A DNA stretch of 62,202 bases, the filler included. It is 5 parts of 5 records of this genome, joined end to end, with 100 filler letters (N's around TTAATTAATTAA, not from the genome) between each part and the next. Parts side by side here need not be neighbours in the genome. Positions count along the whole stretch, not along the records: positions 9,782 to 22,933 come from SRR20825019_1942; 4 more parts are not named here. The stretch is one strand, 5' to 3'. Numbering within the stretch: the first letter of the stretch is position 1; the number at the start of each line of letters is the position of its first letter. Positions 9,807 through 21,044 of this stretch are shown piece by piece. Made by a program: the position numbers and the translations under genes. Below the pieces are notes generated by a model. It worked only from the letters and a program-made list of their open reading frames with translations. It had not been told where the DNA came from and ran no database searches.

Positions 9807-10854
9807 TTGGGATGCTATGCATTCCCGCGCTGTTGGAGTGGAGATGTCAGAGCTAAAGCCGGGAAACCATGCAGCAATATGAGAATGGACTCCTTTGGCC
9901 ACATCATGATGCATTCCAATGCGTGTGCGCACTCGCGGGTGCTGGTGTTCGAGTCTTGCGCGGGGCTTGTGGCGGGTGGGATTGCAGAACGGTTGGGAGG
10001 TAGGGAGTCATCGTGATGAGCAGAGTCACAAGGGGTTGCGCTGATGTGCTCCTTAGGGCTTGGGCAAGTGATCAACATATATCCTGGCAAGCACCCGGCA
10101 CTGTCCACCCTCAACTTCTTTAACTTCAGTGCGGAAGTGAAGTCTTCCGTCGTCTCCATATCCACCGAAATTGTCAACAAAGGTACCTTCAATATGTGTG
10201 TAGTGCATGCAATCCCATACCGACCGTGTGCAGTGAGTGCCGGTGAAGAGATCGAGCAGCCACCGGAGCCAAAGGACCGCTCCGGGGACACCGCCGAGCC
10301 CTCCGATGACAAGGACAGGAGGCCGCGCGGTCCGCGGATACTCACCCGCGTGGAGTGGCTGAAGGAGGGCTCGGACTCACTGGTGATCGTGACTAAGTAC
10401 GATTCGTTGGCCATCCTCAAGAAGCTATATCCATATCTAAAGAACGGCCGGCCGTTCTGTGTTTTCAGTCAGAGCATCGAGGTATGGCGTCCCGTGTATA
10501 ACAATCAGCAGACGCCTGATATTGGCGCCCGCATACAGGCTGTGGACGAGTGCAAGCGATGGGCTGTGCAGAGTAGACTTGCGGTCAACTGTCAGATTAA
10601 GGAGACGTGGACGCGAGAGCACCAGGTAAGTTAATGATCTCTCCAATCTCTCCATTCTCTCTTGCTTCCCGGCCGGTGTTAACCCATTGTATCGCCAGGT
10701 CCTCCCGAAGCGGACTCATCCACTCATGATGACCGATGCCTCCAGTGGTTATGTTCTCACCGGCTACAAGTCAACCGAGCCCCAGGCCGAGGATGCCAAG
10801 CGCGGGGCCGAGGAGCCTGCGGAGTCTGATGCCAAACGCCACAAGGCGGATTAA
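9807..10854 (+). CDS. TRM6: Eukaryotic tRNA m1A58 methyltransferase non-catalytic subunit TRM6/GCD10, 3' part, spliced
   Basis: MRMDSFGHIMMHSN...VLVFESCAGLVAGGIAERLGG; RPFCVFSQSIE; ETWTREHQ|VLPKRTHPLM...SGYVL. GT-AG introns 10000-10056, 10183-10233, 10482-10538, 10626-10698. Confidence 0.85.
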
Positions 10855-11143
10855 AGCCATCCTACCTCAACTCTGTTACTGGTGCTCTGGAGTCCATGCA
10901 GTCGTTGCCTGAGCCGAGGCCCTCATGCACTACGGGGCATGCAGCAGCTAAGATCATGGATCTTCACATATGAGAAACCACTCCGACCAGTTAATGTACA
11001 AGGGCACCGCATACTTTATCCACCAAGATTCGGTTAAAATATTGGAGGTTTACACACCGCTTCGCGTATGTGCCTATCCTCTAGTAGAGAGAGTCTCCGC
11101 AGGGCATCTGCCATATCACGTCCCGCCGCCAGTACCAATAACA

Positions 11144-11903
11144 CTACCACTCCACCGGCTCCGTGAAGATCGATTTCTTCCCTTCGACAGGGGTGGCCTC
11201 AATGATGTCTGAGGCGTTGACCTGGGCGCACAGCTGCCGTGCCAAGTCTTCAAGTGACTCGCCGGCATTCGCGGCCCCGCTTGGGGCTCCGGCCAGCGTT
11301 ACCTCGCCAATGTCCGCTTCCGTGAGGGAGGAAGCCTCGGCCTGGCTGAAGTCGACGTCGGCTATGGACCTGTCTAATGTAGTCAGTACACGGCGAACTC
11401 CACAGTTCAGACGCCGTACCTCCCCGCCGACTGCAGCTGAGAGAAAAGTTTTCTCACTGTTGCATCAACCTCACTCTCGCCGGCGGTGTTGTCATCTTCC
11501 AACTCCACAGCAGTGGTGGGGGCGTCTGGAACTGAGGACACCGGGCGGAGCACATCACTATCGATTGTCAGCAACGACCTATTGAGCAGAGAACCGTAAG
11601 GCAGATGCACCTCATATCCAACTTGGGTGCCTGGGCAGGCAACCAAGGGCCACCTACTCGTTGTTCTGTTTAAGAGTTGAAAAGAGGGACTTCACCAAGT
11701 CACCAACATCCTCCGACTTCTTAGTCCCGGCTCCTTTGTCCTGACCACCAGCACTCGCTTCCACTGGATTGCCCGCACCCGCCAGTGCCTGCTCCAACGA
11801 CGCTGCCTGCACCACTTCAAACTGGAATTCCTCTCCGTCAATCTGCATAATATCCTGTTGGCATATACAACTGTGGAGGTGTTGTCGTTCATATGTCTAC
11901 CAT
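11144..11903 (-). CDS. Hypothetical acidic protein with repeated amphipathic helices, 3 introns
   Basis: Manual splicing gives M|DIMQIDGEEF...KQNNE|SLLTIDSD...SAGR|SIADVDF...EPVEW*, with consistent intron phases. Confidence 0.55.
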
Positions 11904-11984
11904 GAAGGTGTGTTGGGGCGCACGTGCTTCGCATGACGTGTCAGCATTTACTGCTTCGCACTGATCACTGGCAGTCGTCCGTGC

Positions 11985-12670
11985 TGAGTGCGCGGTCGGG
12001 TGCCACCCGGCGGGGCCGCGCGGCCTCCTGGCGGGTCGGCGGCGGGTGGGGTGACGCTCACGAGGCGGGCGCCCGGCCGGGCCCGGTCCCGGGTGACGCC
12101 GGCCCGCCGAGGCGCCCCAAACAGCCGGAGCCCGGCCACTGCCTTGAGCCCCCGGGCCGGACGCGGTCGGGGCTCGGGGGCCGGGCGGCCCGGGACCCGG
12201 CGCGCGGCCGGGCCGGCGCGCGCGGCCCGCCGGGCGGCGCCGTGCGATCCGCGTCAGGCCTGAGTGCGCAGCCGGCGGCGGCGCCCCGGCTCCCGCCGGA
12301 TTTGAAATCGCGACAACCCCGCGGGCCCGGCAACGGCGCTCCCAAGGCAAAGTGCCGGGTGAGCGCCCGTGCCGTACCCGGGCGGCACGGCATTCATGAT
12401 TGTGCCGTCAGTCCGATGGGCCGGCCGGGCGCGCGGCCAATATCAGGGCACGGCCGCGCCCCAAACCGGCCGCGGGCAGGCCTTGATCATCATATGGCAT
12501 CCGGGACTTGAGGCGTGCCGGACCAGACTGGCAGACGGCGACCCGGCCGGCCAGCCCCGGCCAGTGCCCCGGCCGACGACCCGCAGCCGTCCTGCAGCCG
12601 TCCATCCCACTCCATCGTGGTCTGGTCGCCTTGGCCGTCGGCGCGACGTCAGCCTAGACAGGGGCCGGGC
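11985..12670. promoter_or_regulatory. Ultra-GC-rich island between divergent genes
   Basis: 12121-12240 has 12 A/T in 120 nt (90% GC); flanked by divergent starts at 11903 and 12735. Confidence 0.6.
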
Positions 12671-12734
12671 ATGATCCGTGTTGTATATAGACTAAATAAC
12701 ATGAGTTTGTCAGGTGACACTGAAGCTGCCAGCC

Positions 12735-13475
12735 ATGACGGAACCCGGAGAGGCGAGAGGGTGCCGCCATGTCTCGGGAAATTTGCTGCTTGGGTCCGCC
12801 TTTTTCGGAGGAGCAGTTCTGGCCTCCATCCTTGCCTACCCCAAGGAGGTCTGGGATATTGTTAGCTATGATGGCTCCGTGTTGGATGCTGGTATGTGAG
12901 GCGGAGGGCAAGGGAGCCGGCGGCCGGGACTCAACTTTGCTATGCAGCCATCAACCTCCCCCTTCTAGCAGTCACAACCGCGATTTATTTCAGTGCCTTG
13001 CGTTGCAGCTGCATGGCTGGGGTGTGTGGGCTGCTCTTCTGGTGCGCGTTTCAAGTCACTCTGTGCCTCTTTTTGCACTGTGTTGGTAAGGGCGCAACGC
13101 GTCGATGTGTCGTATGCAGTCTGACTGTAGGGATTCCCCGGTTTATTCTCAGGTATTTCGATAATCTGGAACGCCGAGTTCGGGGGCGTGCTTCAGAACG
13201 CGGTATGGTCCCGAGCATCCAATGGTGTCCGAGCATCTAGGGCCGGCGCGTCCAAGATGCGGGCGCACTTGGTGTCACCCGAGTCCACGGTGGACTTGCG
13301 CCATCCCAAGACCGCCATCGCGTGCGGCGTGGCAATGGGGCTCTTCTGCATCCCCGCTGACACATATTATCTTGCTCGGGATGTCACGGCCGGTGAATAT
13401 CTCACGACCACTGCGCACGTGTGTGCCATCATACTTGGCGCGGTCACTGTTGCACTTCTCAAGCAGGTGACGTAG
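12735..13475 (+). CDS. Hypothetical multi-pass membrane protein, about 3 introns
   Basis: Hydrophobic segments across ORFs 12714, 12896 and 13188 joined by GTATGT/GTAAGG/GTATGG...YAG introns. Confidence 0.5.
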
Positions 13476-13508
13476 ATTTGATTGAGGTTCTGTCTCGGCA
13501 TCATGTTC

Positions 13509-14459
13509 TCACTCGGGCAAGTGAATCTCGTCCTGGATGCTCGGCCTGTTCAATGGGGGAAGGACCACCCTGCGTTGAATGCCGCTTGGTGTAGCCTCCC
13601 GCCAATCGTCACTGGCCCGATGGAATGGGGTGCGGCACCTCGGCGTCACGGCCACGTTCGTGGCGTCAGAGTAGTCCCTAAAGAATAAATCTGATATCGG
13701 CCTGGAATCCGAGCGGGCGTGCCCCTTGGTCCTGGACTGCCTTCTAGAGCCAGGAGGGGAGGCCCAGGGCCTCACTGAAGGGCCACTAGAGGCAGCCTCT
13801 GCATCGTCATCCGACGGGCGAACAGACACCCGCCGAGGAGCTGCTTTCACCGGCCGCTCCGTGGGGGCAATGGTAGCCGTGGGCACTATGGAGTCACTTC
13901 TCCTCCTGGAGCTTGTCAGACGCGGAAGCATCTTTGGAGCAGTCCAATCTATCGTTTGCTGAGGCTCCGTGTACAACCTCATTGGCTTGGGCGCCTCGTC
14001 GTCGTGAATAGATTTCTTCCGGGAAGCTTCCTTGGGTGTCCGTGTCGCCTTCGAGTACATTCCCATCTTGAATAGAATATCGCTAGGCAGCGCGCCCACC
14101 CTCCGTGAGACTAGGTATACAGCCTTCACAAAGGCTTTGTAGTCCATGAACGCTTCCTCCTCCCTCGCTGCTTTGCATATATTGATGGCATCGACCATCG
14201 ACAAGTTCGGGGTGCCGAGCAGCTGTGACTTCTTTAAGGTCTCAATGAACCCCGCCACATCCATGAGACTCTCCGAGGTGGACGCAGGAAGCCGCGACAG
14301 CGCGTCCTGTTGGACACTAAAGCACAGCTGACGAAAGAGGCCCTGGAGCTCGGCGGCGGTGTTGGCCTTAACTGCAGATAAAGGCTTGTCCGCTCCCTTC
14401 TTCTTTAAACCCAACCGGCCATCTGGTGATATAGAAGACTTCCGTCGAGTGGAGGCCAT
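13509..14459 (-). CDS. Protein with one p25alpha/TPPP-like domain and a basic disordered tail
   Basis: LQGLFRQLC...MDVAGFIETLKKSQLLGTPNLSMVDAINICK...MDYKAFVKAVYLVS resembles the p25alpha pattern. Confidence 0.55.
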   Translation of the reverse strand: MASTRRKSSISPDGRLGLKKKGADKPLSAVKANTAAELQGLFRQLCFSVQQDALSRLPASTSESLMDVAGFIETLKKSQLLGTPNLSMVDAINICKAAREEEAFMDYKAFVKAVYLVSRRVGALPSDILFKMGMYSKATRTPKEASRKKSIHDDEAPKPMRLYTEPQQTIDWTAPKMLPRLTSSRRRSDSIVPTATIAPTERPVKAAPRRVSVRPSDDDAEAASSGPSVRPWASPPGSRRQSRTKGHARSDSRPISDLFFRDYSDATNVAVTPRCRTPFHRASDDWREATPSGIQRRVVLPPLNRPSIQDEIHLPE

Positions 14460-15755
14460 TGGTGTTTTAGGCTTATCCTGCCGGGCCGGCGACTTCTTGG
14501 TCTGGCGGGCTGCCTTTCAATCTGAATATGCAAAGTTGTGAAGATGTTGTTGACGAATTCGATATTAAAGTGAGCTTGAGGCGGGCCTGCCCGCCCTGCC
14601 CCCGCTGGCCAGTGATGGCATAAACCCAGTGCCATGATATGGTGAGCCTGTAGCGAACTCTCACAGGCTGCCCCTCACCCACCCCGGCCCCTGATAGTCT
14701 TCGAGGTGCCACCCGGCCAAGCGGCCACTCGCCCTTGCGCTGGCAGTTGGCTCAAACGATCAATGGCCCCTCCGCTTATCAGTATTGGGCCGGGTACGCG
14801 CCCATGACGCATTTGCAGTCACGGGCGGACACCCAACACCCCTCCGGGCCTACCAGCGTCCGGGATACAACAATACACACAAACCCCTCCAAACCGAATC
14901 GGTGTCATCGGCCGTAAGAGGCACTGAGTAGTACAAGAATCTCTCTCTTTTCCGTCAGCTTTTCTCGCGATGCCCCAAGGGCCCTCCGCGAGGGTAATGC
15001 CGACTCCATAATTGGCAGCGGTGAGAGCCGGAGATGAGCTTGATGAGCATGGTTGAGGGGTGGTTTCGGCTTGTTCAGTTTCGCGTCAATGACGCCCCCC
15101 CTGACGGTAGGCCCAACTCTGTACTAAGTTGTAATTGGCCACGGTTACCGTACGGGAACTGCAGGACCAGCCCCAATCGGAATTTGCTATTGGCACTCGT
15201 AGCGAGCTGCCGCCATCGGAATGTCTTGCAAAATGACGTCACAGGGCCTCGGTGAGTGGGGGCCGTGGCCCCAACTGGACGTTCCAATCGATACCATCAT
15301 AACTTGTTGCGGTCTGCGACCAATCGGCGTTAGATCCTTGGTTGACCTTGGTCAATTGTAGCGGCGGTGAACTTAGCGGCGGCCCGGGCCGGGGGCGGGG
15401 GTGCGCGGCGGGAGCCGGGCGCGCCACCAACAAGGCGAGGGCCCCGCCGACGGTTGCCACGCCCATGGTACACTGGGCTTACTCTCAGTGGAGGAGAAAG
15501 TGGGGGAGGTGGTGGAAACACACCTCAGTACTGCGACTCAGCCAAGTCCTAACGACCGTAAAACGGTGCTAAGTTATTACAGAAAACGGTGCTAGAGTCA
15601 CTGAGGAAATGAGCTTTACGTAGAGCGTGCGGCCGGTCATTGGACCAGGCCACGGTGCAACTTTGTTGAATTAGGAGCGCGCAGCGAGAGGAATGAGCCG
15701 CGCGAAAGATTGCACCTTGCGATAAACCCAACACAGCCGGCCAGGGCAACAGCGG

Positions 15756-18700
15756 TTATTCGCCGGGGCCCGCTCGAGGGGCCGGAGCAGTGCTGCGGTA
15801 GCGGGTCGCCTCGTTCCTGCGCAGGTACTCCGTCTGAGGGTCGACCACCTTGTGCGCGGTGAGGCCGGCAGTCTGCGTGGGGACGGCCACAAGGGGAATC
15901 TTATCAGGTAGTTGGGCGTTGGCGTCGGCCGAGTCGGCGAGGAGGCACTCCAGGAGAACTATGGCCGCCTGTTTGTCGAGCCTACGGAAAACGGTTAGTG
16001 CGTGTCCCCCCTAGGACACACAGCACCTCCATACCTCTCGTTGTATTCTCCACATCTGAACAACAGGTGCAGAACGGGTCAGCCATCTAGTGATGTCTCG
16101 ACAACACAAGCCCTCACAAACACGAAACCACTCCAATGATGGAGCGCGAGATGGAGCCGCACCAAACCGAAAGTCACTTCCTTCACATACCTGGGCGTTT
16201 GAATGCACATTGGACAACCAATGGTGGTTCCACATTTGCATGCGTTGATGAGGTCGAGGGCCGCCTTAAGAAGCTGTGGGAGGTGCTTATACACACCTGC
16301 TGACACCCCACAGCCGCCTGGCTGCTTATCGAAAATGAGGATTCTTCGTGGCCTTTCCCGCTTCACGTCATAGGCACTGGGGCACTCGGTTCCTAAGTCA
16401 CAGTGCCATCTCAGTATGGACCGGACCCGAAACCCAAAGATCACTCACCAACGTCGGCGCGGTCGCATGACACGAATACCGGCAGCAGCTCCAGGAGGCA
16501 GTGGTCTATCGCGTGCAGACCGGCCCTGAACGTGAATGTTAGTGGCGATGCCACGGTACCATGGTTGAGCGGGCGTTGCTTGGGGGTCCAACTCACCACA
16601 GATCCATGCCATAGTCGTCCAGCACGCGATGAACACGGTCAGGGATTGGGCACCACACTGCCACTGTCTCCATCTCCGCGGGAGGGTACTTTGGAAGGGT
16701 GCACTTCTCGAGTACGCGTCCTGCAGGAGACTTCAGCGACAAGATATCCATATGACAACCACCAACCTGAGTGCTTGGCCAACCGGCGGTAACCATACAC
16801 GTATGTCTTGACAGTGGCCTTGCTGTAAACCGGCTGGGGGTGCAGCTCCTTGAAAGGAATCGCCACGCCATCGAGCCTCGTCAGCGCATTGATGACGGTG
16901 AGGTCCTGGCATTTGGTGTAGTAGTTCGGGCGGCACGGCTGGACCTTCGCCTCCAGCTCCACGCAGTCCAGCGATCGCACGATGTACTCCTGCGCCTGCT
17001 TTAGGAAGATGGCGCCCTCGAACAGTTCGAACTGAGCCTTGCGTGCGGGTCAGCTTTCCACACATGTCTGCCTAGATACCCAACACCCATTGCTCTTACC
17101 TTATGATACTCCGACTCATCGATGACTTCCCCACTGGCCTGGTCAATGACTTGGTACCTGCGGCTGTCTGCGCTGCGGATGTTCACGTCCTTGGCTGAGA
17201 ATCGTTCCTTGGGCAAACTGCAACGGTACCCATCCACACCCCTCACAATTCCACCATTTATCACCTGGCCGCTCACCGGAGCATCTGCCTTGTCAATCAG
17301 CAGCTCGAACAGACTCGCGTCATAGGCCGGCCCAAATATCGCGCTGTCCGTATCCTCGTTTAGAGCCAGCTCCTGCGCGGCCAGTAGGAGATGCTGCCGC
17401 AGGACGTACGGATTCGTGACATCCGCCGCGGCGCATTCGATCTTCCGACGAAGAAGAGAGTGGGGATTCCGCATGAAGTACTGGTCCACCGGCGTCTCGT
17501 GCGCGACGAGGATCGACATCGAATCGCGCCCGCTCCGCCCGCTCCGCCCAGCCTGCTGCCAGAAGCTAGCCATGGTGTGCGGAAGGCCGATCTGGATCGT
17601 GGAGTCAAGGGTGCCAATGTCCACGCCGAGTTCGAGAGCATTGGTGGCGGCAACTCCTAGCAGCTTCCCAGTGAAGAGTCCATTCTCGATCTCACGGCGC
17701 TCGGAGGCAAGATATCCGCTCCTGTACGCACGGATGAGCTCGGAGAGCTGTGGGGCGCTCTGCTTATCGAATATCTCCCGCGTATTCTTCAGTACCACCT
17801 CGGCGACCTTGCGGGCACGACAGAATACAAGTGTGCGCAGCCCGTGCCGCACCATCTCCGCCATCAACTCCGACGCCTCAGTAAACGAGCTTCGCCTCCT
17901 GTTCTCCTCGTAGAGCTGCATCGCATCGTCAGGATTCTCGCTCGTAAACAAGCGATCTAGTGTGGAGATGCCACTAAGTGTGGTCGAGACGCCACTCCGG
18001 GCCGACTTGGCTGGTGAGTCAGGTGGCGGTTCCGTCCTTGCCCGCTTCGCTGAGGGCGGACTCGAGGGTGGCTGGCTACACTCGGATGCATCGGGTGATG
18101 GCATGGGCGAAGGGGATCCTGGCACCGCTGCGTCCCGCTCCTCCCGGCGTTTCTGTCGGTGCCGCTGGTCCTTCTTCCTCTTCTGGTTGAGCCATCTTGC
18201 CGCGCCCCACGACACATCCTGGGTATTGGCGTTCTCGCCGCTGCCCTCCAAGACCCACGGGGGATTCCAGAAAACAAACAACTTCTTCCCATTTGGGGAG
18301 GAGTCCTTCGTGACGGCCACTATCTCATCGCACGCGGGGCTGCCGACATCGTCTCCGTCAAGCCCGTCCATCCCATCCTTCTTGCGGCGTCCCTCATCAC
18401 TGCGCCCAATCAGCATACGAAAGTGGTCCTCGGGGTTCGCTATGGTCGCACTGCAGCCAATGAACTGCAACCGACTGTTGCCGTGGTGCATGCACAGACG
18501 CCGCAGACGCCGGAGAATGCAGGCAACATGCGCGCCAAACGTTCCGGAGTACGTGTGCGCCTCATCAATGACCACATATCTGAGGTGCCTCAGCACCGCC
18601 CTCCACGTCGAGTGCCCGGGGAGGATGGAGTAGTGAAGCATGTCCGGATTCGTTAGGAATATTCTCGATGTGAGCCTGACGTGCTCGCGCTCTGTCGCCT

Positions 18701-19814
18701 TCGTGTCGCCATCGTAGGTGTTGCAGACAATGCTGTCAAGGCCCGGGTGTGACGCCGCCTTCTTACGCAGGGACCCGAGCTGGTCCTGCGCGAGAGCCTT
18801 GGTAGGGTACATGAAGATTGCAACGGCCTGGGGGTCCTCCACCAGAGTCTCAAACACCGGCAGCGTGAAGATCAGGGACTTTCCACTCGACGTTGATGTT
18901 GAGACAACACAACTCTTTCTTCTCTGGATCGCGTGAATGGCCTCCGTCTGGTGATTGTACAGCCGCGCCACCCCCATTGTCGTCAAGACCGCCTGCACCG
19001 GCTCAACCAGCACGGGTTGAGGGAGGCTACAGTCAGCCTCCCGGCTCGGAATTTCCTCAACATGTTCGATTTGGTCCTTGTATCCACTGTTCTTACGAAT
19101 GCTCTCAAGAATCCCATCAAGGCCCAGCTCCAAGCCCCGCTTGTCAAAGTTATCCGCACTCGGCGCCCCTAGGCACCCGCCCCCCGCCTGCCCTCCTTCC
19201 TCCATGGTTATCTTGGGAATATCGCCCAGTCTCAAAACAACCTTGGCCGGGTCAAAGTCGGGATGCCACACCCCCTCAGCAGCACCTGGCCACGCCTTCT
19301 CATCAAAGCGGCTTACAAACGTATCATGGGCCGCCTCAAGGTCCGCCACCAGCCTCTCTCTTACCGCCGCCCTCCTCTTATTAATGGCAATCTGACTGGT
19401 ATTCTTCTTGAACGGACCAATATTGAGCTCCAGAGCCGATTCCGCACCACCCTTGTACTCCGGGGCGAAGATGTCGTCTCTGGCCTTCAGGTCGATCTGC
19501 CGAACAGTCGCCATTTGTGGCCACTGCAGGCCTAGCATCTCCTGCACCCGCACCTCAAACTGGGCTAGCTTGGAGAACTCCTTCATGCGCTCTAGTGTGC
19601 AGGGGAGTTGCCTCTTCAATAGCAGACATGAAATGATATCCAGGGACACGAACGCCGCTAGCAGCGTCTCGAAGTGCGGGGGAAGATCCCGCTCCGGATT
19701 CTTCTTTTTTTTCGATCCTTTGGTGGCACGCGACCGTTTGGAGGCTGTGGAGCCGCTGGAGCCGTTTGAGCTGGCCGATCCGGCGGTGGCCGAGGACGAT
19801 GAACCTGTACGCAT
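15756..19814 (-). CDS. HRQ1: HRQ1 / RecQ4-family SF2 helicase with C-terminal DUF1998 Zn domain, spliced
   Basis: LYNHQ, TSTSSGKS, YPTKALAQDQ, TNPDMLH, IDEAH, SATIANP, TNALELGVDIG, QQAGRSGR; C-terminal CD...GGCG...CKC...GCPMC...C. First ATG 19814; stop 15756. Confidence 0.9.
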
Positions 19815-19949
19815 CCCGCCGCCCGTGCTGGTCGCCCGGCTGCTCACAGGGTGGCGTACCTCTCTTAAGGGGTTTGCTGGAGTTTGTGCTTCCTTATTTG
19901 ATTGGATCGTTGCAGTCCTCGTTCGGACACTGGACTCGGAGTGTGCGCC

Positions 19950-20900
19950 CGCGACGACCACCCGTCCGCCGCGGCGCGCGGTGCGAGTGGCCGGCCGTCA
20001 ACAGCGCCTCATGCCGGGGATTGGCGGCGGCCGCGTGACACTGCCGAGCCCCGCTGGCAGCCCCCGGCCGGCCGGGTCAGAGCCCGACCGGGTTGAGGGG
20101 ACGAAACCGCCCATGCCGCGCACCCGCCGCCCGCCCCGGCTGCCCGGTGGTGGTCCGGCCGTCCCGGTGGCCCCGCCGGGGAGGGGGGGGGCGGGGCGGA
20201 CGCCCAGTTTCCGTTCCAGTGGTGCCCCGGGCGGCCAGCAGGTGCTTTGGCCGGCCAGGACCGTCGGCGGCGGCGCGCCGTCGGCCCGCCCGACCGGGCG
20301 CGCCGCCGCCGTCCGCCACGCCCGACCTGACCGGGCCCAAAAACACGGCCGGGCCGGCTGAAACCGCGGGAAATCTCATTCCTGGAGATACGATCTCGAA
20401 GACTGAGATTGGCATGTTGTCTTCGGCCGTTTCGCAAGCGGTTCACACTCCCGTCCTGACGACGCCTGCGCCCCACCCCCGGCCCCCCGCTGACCAGTGG
20501 CACGGCACCAAGCCGGCGCACTGCAGGACTTGGAGTGCGTTGGGCCAGCCCACCTGCGCGACTCGGACGGCGCCGCCCGCGGCGGCCCCGGCCCCGGTCA
20601 TCAGTGACCGTGGCGCCCGGCCGCCGGCCTGCACCGTGGGCTGTACCGGGCTGTCCCGGGACGCCCGCCGGGGACCACATCCCCGGCCCCCAGCGGCGCG
20701 ACGCGCGGCCGCTCCGGACCAGCGGCACGCAAAGTCTTCGGGACCGGGACTCAGCCGGACCGAGCGCCCGGACGGCGACGCCCCCCCCACGACGCACCCA
20801 CGCAGGCCAAGAGGCGACAGTGGTTCACTGGAGTCGATTGCGGCGCCTTGTTCACAGCCATAGAGGGCTGTGGGGCGCCGTGGCGGTGCAGTGCCGCATG
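19950..20900. promoter_or_regulatory. Ultra-GC-rich island between divergent HRQ1 and LIM genes
   Basis: GC-rich, GGCCGG-dense; GC-box/G-run at 20178-20199; GCGGGAAA at 20366-20373. Confidence 0.6.
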
Positions 20901-21044
20901 ACGGGCCCGCACCGCTCGCGATGGGCTTGTCCCGCCTGATGGAACTCAGACCTCAATAGGTTGCAGGTTATTGATACATAAGCGCCAAACAGACCCTTTG
21001 CATATCCTCAGGACACTCGCGCAAAACGGGCTCTTATCCGCCCA

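Noticed and set aside
9564-10000. Bacterium-to-eukaryote HGT junction
   Set aside because: The junction is an artificial spacer and glyS is simply cut at the contig end
11889-12674. Arg/Gly/Pro/Ala-rich ORFs in the GC islands (also 20009-20939, 42361-43389, 47730-48349, 52339-53074)
   Set aside because: Open in many frames only because stop codons are rare at very high GC; no domain signal
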